Source: Patescibacteria group bacterium
Lineage (GTDB): Bacteria > Patescibacteriota > UBA1384 > XYA2-FULL-43-10 > 1-14-0-10-43-13
Reading direction: 5' to 3'
NCBI GenBank assembly: GCA_041674765.1
Contig: JBAYVE010000001.1
Span: forward strand, 198,177 to 262,176
DNA length: 64,000 bases
Shown: one piece after another, positions 1-7,910 of the stretch
Numbering within the stretch: the stretch's first letter is position 1
How the letters are laid out: every line of letters starts with the position of its first letter
Made by a program: the position numbers and the translations under genes
Notes under the pieces: generated by a model
Database searches by the model: none
The model's input: the letters and a program-made list of their open reading frames with translations, nothing else
Told to the model about the DNA's origin: nothing

Positions 1-420
1 GAGACGGATATTTTAGCGGTAGCCGATGGACGGATAATCAATATTCGCAAAAACCAGGACGGGCAATACATCGTCGAGCAGAGCCTCGGTCTCTATTATC
101 GGACAGCTTACCAAGAGCTCAATAAAATTGAGCCTGAAATCCGTTTTTTAGCAAAAGTAAAGAAAGGTCAGGTAATCGGACAAACCGGCCGGCCGCATGT
201 TGAAGGAATGGAGCTGCAAAGCGGTGGTCCTTCCAGGCAGATGCATTGGGATTTCGCTTCCTCCTCCATGCTGATTGACCGGCTCTGCCCTATTGGCTAT
301 TTTGATGCCGATTCGAGAGCAAGGATTGAAGCAATCTGGGCTCGCGTACCAGCCGATGATAAATTCAAAAAATTATACCCGGATATTTGCAGCGGATATT
401 TTAAGGACAGAGAGGATTAA
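1..420 (+). CDS. C-terminal fragment of M23/LytM-family metallopeptidase (5' end lies upstream of the window)
   Basis: Frame 1 is open from base 1 and stops at 420. Translation (..ADGRIINI..GQYIVEQSLGLYYRTAYQEL..VKKGQVIGQTGRPHVEGMELQ) resembles the M23 peptidase catalytic region. Assignment is from memory of the family signature, not a search. Confidence 0.45.
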   Translation, partial: ETDILAVADGRIINIRKNQDGQYIVEQSLGLYYRTAYQELNKIEPEIRFLAKVKKGQVIGQTGRPHVEGMELQSGGPSRQMHWDFASSSMLIDRLCPIGYFDADSRARIEAIWARVPADDKFKKLYPDICSGYFKDRED

Positions 421-701
421 GATAGAAAAGAAGCCAGAGTTGAAAGTTCGTAAAGTGCCCTCTTTCTGCAATTCCAGTTATTATTGCCTCTGTCCCCAAA
501 AAATGCTATAGTCCGATTAATTGGTTTAGATACTCCTGTTCTGCCCTTGGAACACTCAAAGGAGTCCAATATAGAACTCAAGGGCCCCAACTATTCAAAC
601 TTTGGCTTGTTTCTAAAGCTTGTCGAAGGGTCGAAATGAATAGTCTATCAGCCTAATTAGCGCAAGGATCAGGTAGTAAACTTCACTACCTGAAAGACAT
701 T

Positions 702-905
702 ATGGACAACAAAGAGTTCAACAAGGCATTTGATGAAGCTGTGAAGAAACAAATGCTCGAGGAACCGGAAATTTGGTGGAAGCCACGAAGAGCGCATTGG
801 GATGAATGGGGCTCGCCGGTAGGATTGTCACTCGGCTGGGCAATATTCATTGTCCCGCTCGGTGTATTCCTCTGGCTATTGCATCTTGCCGGACTCATTG
901 GCTAG
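702..905 (+). CDS. hypothetical small membrane protein
   Basis: 67-aa ORF with a C-terminal hydrophobic helix (WAIFIVPLGVFLWLLHLAGLIG). Weak RBS. Confidence 0.3.
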   Translation: MDNKEFNKAFDEAVKKQMLEEPEIWWKPRRAHWDEWGSPVGLSLGWAIFIVPLGVFLWLLHLAGLIG

Positions 906-1033
906 AAAAAGAAAATCGTCTCGACATTCGTCGGGACGATTTTAATTTGAAGTGCATTAATTGGCATGTTTTGAATGACATTTTCAGGACTTTCTTTTTG
1001 GTGTAAAATTGAATTAGAAGGTGAAACCAACAT

Positions 1034-1261
1034 ATGGATAGTCCAAAAGTTACACATCAAATAAACGAAAAGATATTTGAGTTACTCGATAAGCATCCGG
1101 AAGGGATACGATGGGTGGATTTGCGCCGAGAAATCGAGGCGTCGGATAAAAACTTCCATCCCAAAACGGTGAATGGACTTATCTGGAAACTAACTAATGA
1201 TTTTCCTGACAAAGTTTATAAACCATCAAAAGGAGTATTTAGGCTTTTGAAATATAAATGA
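1034..1261 (+). CDS. hypothetical small protein, possible winged-helix DNA-binding
   Basis: 75-aa ORF preceded by the SD-like AAGGTGA. No recognisable signature. Confidence 0.35.
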   Translation: MDSPKVTHQINEKIFELLDKHPEGIRWVDLRREIEASDKNFHPKTVNGLIWKLTNDFPDKVYKPSKGVFRLLKYK

Positions 1262-1278
1262 GCAATTTTATTTAGTAA

Positions 1279-1630
1279 GTGATAATTATTGGTTCAATTA
1301 TGAAAACAATTGACGAGTACATTTCCTCTTTTCCGGAGGAGAAGAGGGTAACACTTCAAAAGATTCGGCATATTATCAAGAAGGCTGTGCCGGAGGCCGA
1401 GGAAGCGATGGGCTACGGTGTGCCCGCCTTCAAACTAAGAGGAAAATATTTGATCTATTATGCCGCCTTCAAAAATCATATTGGGCTTTTATCCAACACC
1501 GGAAGCTATTGTCGCCTTTCAAGAAGAGCTCTCCAAATACAAGCAAAGCAAGGGAACGGTTCAATTTCCATTGGATGACTCCATTCCCTTTCAACTGATA
1601 GAAAAAATAGTTAAACATAGGGCAAGTTAA
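1279..1630 (+). pseudogene. DUF1801 (YdhG-like) domain gene interrupted by a +1 frameshift near 1488-1492
   Basis: N-terminus MKTIDEYISSFPEEKRVTLQKIRHIIKKAVPEAEEAMGYGVPAFKLRGKYLIYYAAFKNHIGL is typical of DUF1801. The conserved C-terminal part (YPTPEAIVAFQEELSKYKQSKGTVQFPLDDSIPFQLIEKIVKHRAS) continues in another frame, after an extra T in GGGCTTTTATCC. Confidence 0.55.
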
Positions 1631-1873
1631 TCATTGCGATCTTCCTCATTGACACCATCTTGACCTCGTCCCATCGTCCGGCCCAGTTTATAACCAAATT
1701 TTTAATTAAGTCAGCTATCGTAGAAATAAAAAAAACTCGGTAATATATATTGAATACAAAATGGTAACGACATAATAATTAATGTCCTCCTTCGCCCATC
1801 CTTTGCTAAAGCTGCGATGGCAAAGTAATGCTACGGAGGATCTACGGTTGTAAAGCAACCTTGAGAGGGGAAA

Positions 1874-2902
1874 ATGAATGAAGAAGAAATAAGGCCTGAA
1901 GCTGATCTACTGGTGCCAAGCAAGAAGCCGGTTTGGCTCTTTGTTGTTATTGGCTTGATCATAATTGTCGGGGTTGGCATTTTGACATATTCGCTAGGTA
2001 AAGCAAAGCCGGCGAAAAACAGCGATGACAGTATTATTAAGACGGAAAATGAGACAAAGGATCTGCCGGCTGCTACTTCGGTTGACGACAGCCCGTACAA
2101 TTGGTCGACGATGGATCAGGGGCCATACAATGACAAGATTTCCTACGCCACAAGCACTGATCTTTTGAACTGGAAGGATTCCGGCAAGATTCTCGCCACT
2201 CATGCCAGCGTACCGGACTTAGTTATGAAAGACGGCACGATTTTTGCCTACTTTGTCGATGTTTCGACTGATGGCGTTGCCGAACAGACAGGGATGGTCA
2301 AATCAACAGATGGAGGAATTACCTGGAGCGAGAGGCAGATCATTAATATTGAGGGTATTGGTGACAAAGCGGTTGCTGATCCGGCTCCAATTTTATTGTC
2401 AGACGGACGAATCCGCCTTTTCTATTTTGATATCAAGGAAAATAGAATTAGGAAGCAAAAGGGACCTAGCACCAACAAAATTTACTCCGCCATTTCCTCC
2501 GATGGGGTAAATTTCACCCAAGAAGATGGCGTCCGGTTCGAGTACGAAATGGTTTTTGATCCCGATGTGATTAAAATCTCTGATAATTTATGGCGGATGT
2601 ATGTCGGAGACGGCGAGGGTCAAAAAGTTTTGTCGGCGACTTCGACTGACGGCCTGACCTTTACCTATGAGGGGATTGCTTTCTCTGGCGGAGCCATCCC
2701 GAATGTAATATTTGAGAATAACAGATATTATCTCTTTACAGTCGGCATCGAAATCTCTACTTCTCCTGATGGTAAAATATTCACAAAAGCTCCAAACCGT
2801 TTTGACAGTGGAAAACTAACTGCCGATCCTGGAGTTATCAAAATTGCTGAGGGCAAATATTTGATGGTCTACAAGACAAGCGAGATGAAGCCAAAAATAT
2901 AA
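1874..2902 (+). CDS. membrane-anchored Asp-box (BNR) beta-propeller protein, glycosidase/sialidase-like
   Basis: SD AGAGGGG precedes the ATG. N-terminal TM helix. Asp-box motifs STDGGITWSE, SSDGVNF, STDGLTF, SPDGKIF. Paralog of 13378..14457. Confidence 0.5.
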   Translation: MNEEEIRPEADLLVPSKKPVWLFVVIGLIIIVGVGILTYSLGKAKPAKNSDDSIIKTENETKDLPAATSVDDSPYNWSTMDQGPYNDKISYATSTDLLNWKDSGKILATHASVPDLVMKDGTIFAYFVDVSTDGVAEQTGMVKSTDGGITWSERQIINIEGIGDKAVADPAPILLSDGRIRLFYFDIKENRIRKQKGPSTNKIYSAISSDGVNFTQEDGVRFEYEMVFDPDVIKISDNLWRMYVGDGEGQKVLSATSTDGLTFTYEGIAFSGGAIPNVIFENNRYYLFTVGIEISTSPDGKIFTKAPNRFDSGKLTADPGVIKIAEGKYLMVYKTSEMKPKI

Positions 2903-3008
2903 TCATTTGAATGATTCTTCTACCAGCCTGTCTCTGATACATCGAAAGATATTTTGCATACCGTCTTCTGGATCTGCATTCAAGTCGGCGGACGCTGATC
3001 TATATGCC

Positions 3009-3911
3009 CTATGCTTTCTTTTCGCATTGAAATAGTTCGCCCAATGAAGAAGCGACTAAGTTTTCAGTCAATTTTCGAGAGCCAACCTTTATCGAAATTT
3101 CCTTTAAGTCTAGGAATCGGTCGGCTAGTCTTTTTTCAATGATGGCCACTTCCCGATCAATTTCCTCCAGAGTTTTTTTCGAATTATAAATCAGAGAAAA
3201 ACTGACAAAGTTATTCGATCCTAGCCTTCTTGTTTTAAGATCATCATATTTGATTTTGTTGGCTTCAAGCCACATCTTCAATCGTTCTCCGAGCTCCGGA
3301 TTCGATCGGTTTACCAGGGAGTCTGATACTTCATGACCCAGCTGCCAGGCTTCATAGAAAATATAAAGACCTAGGAGAATAGCCAGGACAGAATCGGCAA
3401 AATTATAGACCGAAATCAGTGCGAGCCCCAGGAAGAGGACAGCTGATGTCAGGCCATTTATCCTGGAATGTTCGGCATCTGAGATAAGCGCTATCGATGC
3501 ATATTTGCTGCCATAGTAAAACTTTAATCTGGCCATTATCTCATTGACGATAGCTGAGGCAAACATGACAACGAGGCTGAAATAGGTGAAAGTGGCATTG
3601 AATCGATGATCTACTAGAGTGGAGATCGCTTCAAAGATAATCCAGCCGCTAGCAGCAAAAAGCAACAAAATAATGGTAGAACGGATATATTTTTCGTATT
3701 TTTGTTGCTTTGCAATTCGTTCCTGACTTGGAACCCTAGTTTCAAGCCGGATGCCGAAATAAGCAATTATCGAAGAAAAAGCATCTAACAAGGAGCGGAC
3801 GGACTCGGTGATCAGAGATAGACAACCACTAAAAATACCTGCCAACAGTTTAATAATTGCAAGTAAAAGATTAATAAGAACAGACCACAATGCCAGATCT
3901 TTCGGTTTCAT
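3009..3911 (-). CDS. cation diffusion facilitator (CDF) family metal efflux transporter
   Basis: 300 aa with six predicted TM helices and a C-terminal cytoplasmic domain. Overall CzcD/FieF-like organisation. Confidence 0.75.
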   Translation of the reverse strand: MKPKDLALWSVLINLLLAIIKLLAGIFSGCLSLITESVRSLLDAFSSIIAYFGIRLETRVPSQERIAKQQKYEKYIRSTIILLLFAASGWIIFEAISTLVDHRFNATFTYFSLVVMFASAIVNEIMARLKFYYGSKYASIALISDAEHSRINGLTSAVLFLGLALISVYNFADSVLAILLGLYIFYEAWQLGHEVSDSLVNRSNPELGERLKMWLEANKIKYDDLKTRRLGSNNFVSFSLIYNSKKTLEEIDREVAIIEKRLADRFLDLKEISIKVGSRKLTENLVASSLGELFQCEKKA

Positions 3912-3980
3912 TTATACTATTATATGCTTCTTTTTAGCAAAAAAGTAGTATACCTTCAGAGTCACTTATCTATTCATTAT

Positions 3981-5381
3981 TTAAAAGTAAAGATCTCGTT
4001 CGCCTAATTCGAGTTTTTGTAGGCGTTCCCTGGTTTTATTTGCCACTTCTTTTGAGGGGATTAATCCTAAATATTTTTGGATGATGTTTTCACCTTTCCT
4101 CTTAACTTCCGGCGTAGCAAAATCGATCAAGTATTCCTTGAACGTAAGAATTGCATTTGGACGGCAGAAATTATGGATATTTCCAGGCTTCGCTATCTCC
4201 ATAAAATCTTTGCCGGTACGGTGGCTTCGATAGCAAGCGGTACAAAAAGAGGGGAGCAAGCCCTGCTTCAGGAGGCCTTCGACTACTTGATCCAGTGTCC
4301 GTTCATCGTTTACGACGAATTGAACTTCATGATCGGGGATCAAACTTTTATCTTTTTTTTCGCTATATCCGCCAACTTCGACACGGGAGGCGGCACTAGT
4401 CTGAGAGATGCCAAGCTTGAAAGCTTTTAATCTGGTTTCTGGTTTTTCTCTGGTCGAGATAATCATCCCAGTATACGGGACAGCCAGACGTAGGATAGCA
4501 ATAATTTTTAGCAGTTCATCTTCGGTGACAGGATATGGTGGCTTGAAATCGACAGTTGCAGCCGGCCTGAAACGGGGGACTGAGATAGTATGAGGGCCGA
4601 CGCCAAAAACCTTGTCCATATATTGGGCATGTGAGACAAGAGCCAAGACTTCAAATTGCCAATCATAAAGACCGAAAAGAACGCCGATGCCGAGATCGTC
4701 GATTCCGCCGGCAAAAGCATTGTTATGAGCAAAAAGCTGACGTTCATATTCTGCCTTGGGACCATTATGTAACTTCTCAAAAGTTGGCCTGTGATAAGTT
4801 TCCTGGAAAAGTTGATAGGTGCCGATCCCTGAATCTTTCAATTTTCGATAATTTTCCGCTGTAGTGGCAGCGATGTTTACATTAACACGGCGAATTTTGT
4901 TCGGTCCGACATTTACCTTATAGATCTCGTTGATGACCTTAACAACATAATCAATAGGGCATTCAAGAGGATGTTCGCCAAATTCCAAAAGTAGACGCTT
5001 ATGTCCCATTTTGATTAGGATCTCTGTCTGTTCGCGAACTTCTTGCAGAGTTAATTTTCGCCTTGGCAGGTTGTTCCTTCGGTGAAAGCCGCAATATTCG
5101 CAGTCGTTGACGCAAAAATCAGAGACATAGAGCGGGGCAAAAAGAACGATCCGTTCGCCATAAATTTCCTGCTTGATTTTCCAGGCTGTATCGAAGATCT
5201 CTTTGATTAATTTTGGTTCTTTGCAACCGCAAAGTAAACCGACCTCGGAGAGGGTGAGCCCTTTTTTCTTTTCCGCTTTCCTTAGAATAGCCTTGATTTG
5301 TAGTGGTTTTGGATTCGATGACCGCTTCAAGACATCATCAATCAGTTGTTCATCAATAACTTCTTTTACGTTTTTTCCCAT
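3981..5381 (-). CDS. hydG: radical SAM protein of the ThiH/HydG family; the C-terminal CX2CX22C motif suggests a HydG-like tyrosine lyase
   Basis: Radical SAM motif CVNDCEYCGF (CX3CX2C). Length 466 aa. C-terminal CTAC-(22 aa)-C matches the auxiliary-cluster motif of HydG. Confidence 0.55.
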   Translation of the reverse strand: MGKNVKEVIDEQLIDDVLKRSSNPKPLQIKAILRKAEKKKGLTLSEVGLLCGCKEPKLIKEIFDTAWKIKQEIYGERIVLFAPLYVSDFCVNDCEYCGFHRRNNLPRRKLTLQEVREQTEILIKMGHKRLLLEFGEHPLECPIDYVVKVINEIYKVNVGPNKIRRVNVNIAATTAENYRKLKDSGIGTYQLFQETYHRPTFEKLHNGPKAEYERQLFAHNNAFAGGIDDLGIGVLFGLYDWQFEVLALVSHAQYMDKVFGVGPHTISVPRFRPAATVDFKPPYPVTEDELLKIIAILRLAVPYTGMIISTREKPETRLKAFKLGISQTSAASRVEVGGYSEKKDKSLIPDHEVQFVVNDERTLDQVVEGLLKQGLLPSFCTACYRSHRTGKDFMEIAKPGNIHNFCRPNAILTFKEYLIDFATPEVKRKGENIIQKYLGLIPSKEVANKTRERLQKLELGERDLYF

Positions 5382-5473
5382 AAGACCATCATAGTGGAAA
5401 AATGATTAAGATGGAAGCAAACAAAAAAACCGCTCGTTGCGAGGCGGCATTTTGTTAGCGAAGATAGGCTTTT

Positions 5474-5692
5474 CTACATTTTTAGCCATTCTAAGACTTT
5501 GTATATTACGATTGCCGGCCACACGATGGCTTTTAGAACTCCGAGTACTCCCATACCAAAAGTATCAGCGTTTTGAATAAAATATATTACAGCACCGATA
5601 AAGCCCAAGCCATAGACAGCCCCTGGGGTGTTGCCGTAGTTAACTGGCTTTCTCTCTTTACAACAATCGTTTTTTGTAATTTCCTCTGCCAT
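5474..5692 (-). CDS. hypothetical small membrane protein
   Basis: 72 aa with two hydrophobic helices. Followed on the minus strand by a hairpin plus T-run (5420-5450). Confidence 0.3.
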   Translation of the reverse strand: MAEEITKNDCCKERKPVNYGNTPGAVYGLGFIGAVIYFIQNADTFGMGVLGVLKAIVWPAIVIYKVLEWLKM

Positions 5693-5792
5693 CAGAACTC
5701 CTTTTTAATTTATTTTATTATAAACTATTTTTCGGTTCATCAATATATGATTTGTCCTGAAAATTAGAGGTTCTGATTTTAGGGCAGAGTCT

Positions 5793-5822
5793 ACTAAATA
5801 AAAATGTGCCTTCCGACGATGT
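5793..5822 (-). terminator. rho-independent terminator for 5847..6422
   Basis: Hairpin GTGCCTTCCGACGATGTCGGAAGGCAC followed on the minus strand by a T-run. Confidence 0.55.
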
Positions 5823-5846
5823 CGGAAGGCACGGGATCGGTCGAAG

Positions 5847-6422
5847 CTAGGCTAGCTCTTGTAGGTAATCAAGGTTGGCCGCAACTTGTTTTCTCCTAGC
5901 TTGTAGCACCTCGGCTCTAGCAAGGAGCGGTTTGAGTTCGACATCAATGTCCGACAATTCTTGTTGGTTGCAACTAATCAGAAAATTTTTAGCAGCTTCA
6001 GAGGTTAGCTCAGTCTGAACAGCTTCCGGATTAGCCTCTATTGTCGGCTTTACTGCTGTCGGAGTATGGTTCTGTTTTTTCCTCCTCAACAAAGGAGTTC
6101 GCTGCTTGATTGCTTTATAAACTTCCTTCACTACAAAGTTGGATGGGATATCCAGCTTTATCTTCAAACAAGTACTATTATCTCCAGGCTGGACATGAAG
6201 AAAAAGCCAATGCTCCCTCTCATACGGATAACCAGTTACTTTTAATTTTCTGGCACCCATATGGGCGGTACCTTTTTCGTTTGAGATAATCATTCCGGTG
6301 AATAACATCTCATGATCGGGATAGATCTGGTTTAGGATCTGTGCTATTTCCTGTTCATAATCAGGGATAGAAAAGTCCTCCATCGTGTGACTGTTACCAA
6401 CACGTAGTACAACTTTGACCAT
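5847..6422 (-). CDS. hypothetical protein
   Basis: 191-aa ORF with coding-like composition and terminator hairpin downstream. No recognisable motif. Confidence 0.4.
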   Translation of the reverse strand: MVKVVLRVGNSHTMEDFSIPDYEQEIAQILNQIYPDHEMLFTGMIISNEKGTAHMGARKLKVTGYPYEREHWLFLHVQPGDNSTCLKIKLDIPSNFVVKEVYKAIKQRTPLLRRKKQNHTPTAVKPTIEANPEAVQTELTSEAAKNFLISCNQQELSDIDVELKPLLARAEVLQARRKQVAANLDYLQELA

Positions 6423-6675
6423 TGCTATTGCTCCTTCTGGGGAATTTGCTCTTCAAATGGAAGAACAGTCTATTTTGTTATATCGAACATGTTAAGTCAA
6501 GCAATATAAAGCTGTATATGCAGTTATGGAGGTAGCGGATACTTAAAAGCCGATTAAAAGTTTTGTCAAAAAAATAATAATTATTGTCCCAAAATAGTAA
6601 CATTCTCCAATTCTTGTGATGGCAAGATGGTTTAGATTACTAGAAGAACGATTGGGCCATATGAAGGAGGTATCT

Positions 6676-7200
6676 ATGGCGAAATTAGTTCTTGCTATCG
6701 TAATTGCGGTAGCGCTTGTCGGTGTTTTCGGTTGCGACGGCGGTGATAGCGATAGCGTCCCCACGCTAAAGGGAGTCGCCAATATTCATGCGGAAAGCGT
6801 GAAGCCGAGGGTCGGGGCGCTCGCGCTGAATTCACAGAGCGAATTCTATTCCGTAACTTCGACAGGCACCAAGAAATCCAGCAGCGGTTGGCAGGATGTG
6901 AACTTCACGCTTCCGCTACCCATCGGACGTTCGCGCGAAGTCTATGCGCTCGCGGCGTACAATGATCTCGATGGCAATCAGGCCTATGAGACCGGTGAAC
7001 TGCTCGGATTTTGCAGCCACTTCCTGGTCGGTCCGGACTCGGACGGCAAATTCCAGATCGTCAGCTCTGGAAATCAGGTCATCAAAGCTGACGCCACTAA
7101 ATGCTCGGGTCGCGATGTTTACATTGATTGTCTATTCACCAAAAAAACATCCGTCCAGGACATCGTCGAGAGCTACAAAAAGATTCAGAGTGCCTTGTAG
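6676..7200 (+). CDS. lipoprotein (lipobox VFGC), GC-rich gene
   Basis: Strong SD GAAGGAGGT 6 nt before the ATG at 6676. Signal peptide MAKLVLAIVIAVALVGVFGC. The 6616 start offered by the ORF track is rejected. Confidence 0.55.
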   Translation: MAKLVLAIVIAVALVGVFGCDGGDSDSVPTLKGVANIHAESVKPRVGALALNSQSEFYSVTSTGTKKSSSGWQDVNFTLPLPIGRSREVYALAAYNDLDGNQAYETGELLGFCSHFLVGPDSDGKFQIVSSGNQVIKADATKCSGRDVYIDCLFTKKTSVQDIVESYKKIQSAL

Positions 7201-7229
7201 CATTCTGGCGGCTTCTGCCGCATTTTCCG

Positions 7230-7268
7230 GTGCCGCCCCATGTCGGGCGGCATCTTTTGTGATTTCCT
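7230..7268 (+). terminator. rho-independent terminator after the lipoprotein gene
   Basis: Hairpin GCCGCCCCATGTCGGGCGGC followed by TCTTTTGTG. Confidence 0.45.
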
Positions 7269-7321
7269 TATTCCTCACTAGAAACTCATCTTATGATAAA
7301 ACAAAACTTCAATTATAAAAA

Positions 7322-7356
7322 ATCCGGATCGCCCCAGAAGGGTGGGGCGATCCGGC
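7322..7356 (-). terminator. rho-independent terminator for 7362..7745
   Basis: Perfect hairpin CCGGATCGCCCCAGAAGGGTGGGGCGATCCGG with a T-run on the minus strand. Confidence 0.6.
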
Positions 7357-7361
7357 AGGTA

Positions 7362-7745
7362 TTAGAAGCGTCCATCGAAGAGGCGCTTTCTGAAAGGGCG
7401 GCCATCGATTTGCTCCATCTTGTAGAGAATATATCTCTTGCCGATTCTCCAAAAAGGGATATGAATCGAGAGATGATAGACAATCGTCTCACGGTCTTTA
7501 AAACGGTTGGCCATTTGTGCGATAAGGAGACTCGGATAATCGCCGAAGAAAACGATCATCAGGGATTTTGCTGGTAGGGCATTTCTCTCCAGACCGAATA
7601 AACTATCCGGTGATAGGATTTTGAGTTCGCCGACATCCTCAATCAAATGCCATTCTATCGCTTGGAGTAAAACGCGGCGGCTTAAGGAAAACCTCATATC
7701 AACCTGTTGTGCCCTCATTGAGTCGTGGATAATGAACATACTCAT
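7362..7745 (-). CDS. hypothetical protein
   Basis: ORF with SD GGAGGGAGG upstream of the ATG (MSMFIIHD..). The GTG start at 7754 offered by the track is less likely. Confidence 0.4.
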   Translation of the reverse strand: MSMFIIHDSMRAQQVDMRFSLSRRVLLQAIEWHLIEDVGELKILSPDSLFGLERNALPAKSLMIVFFGDYPSLLIAQMANRFKDRETIVYHLSIHIPFWRIGKRYILYKMEQIDGRPFRKRLFDGRF

Positions 7746-7910
7746 AATAGGCACCTCCCTCCTGTAAAATAATCTTTATTAGTGCAAAAATAATTGGACT
7801 AATTTCCAAAGAGTATGTTTTTGGCGATATGTATTTCTTCACATACTTTCTTGTTGTCTGTTATTCTTCTGGCTACCTCTGATACAATATAAACATCTTA
7901 ATTATGCTTA

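Noticed and set aside
6616-6675. Upstream start (MMARW..) for the lipoprotein ORF
   Set aside because: A strong SD (GAAGGAGGT) sits immediately before the ATG at 6676. The signal peptide begins there.
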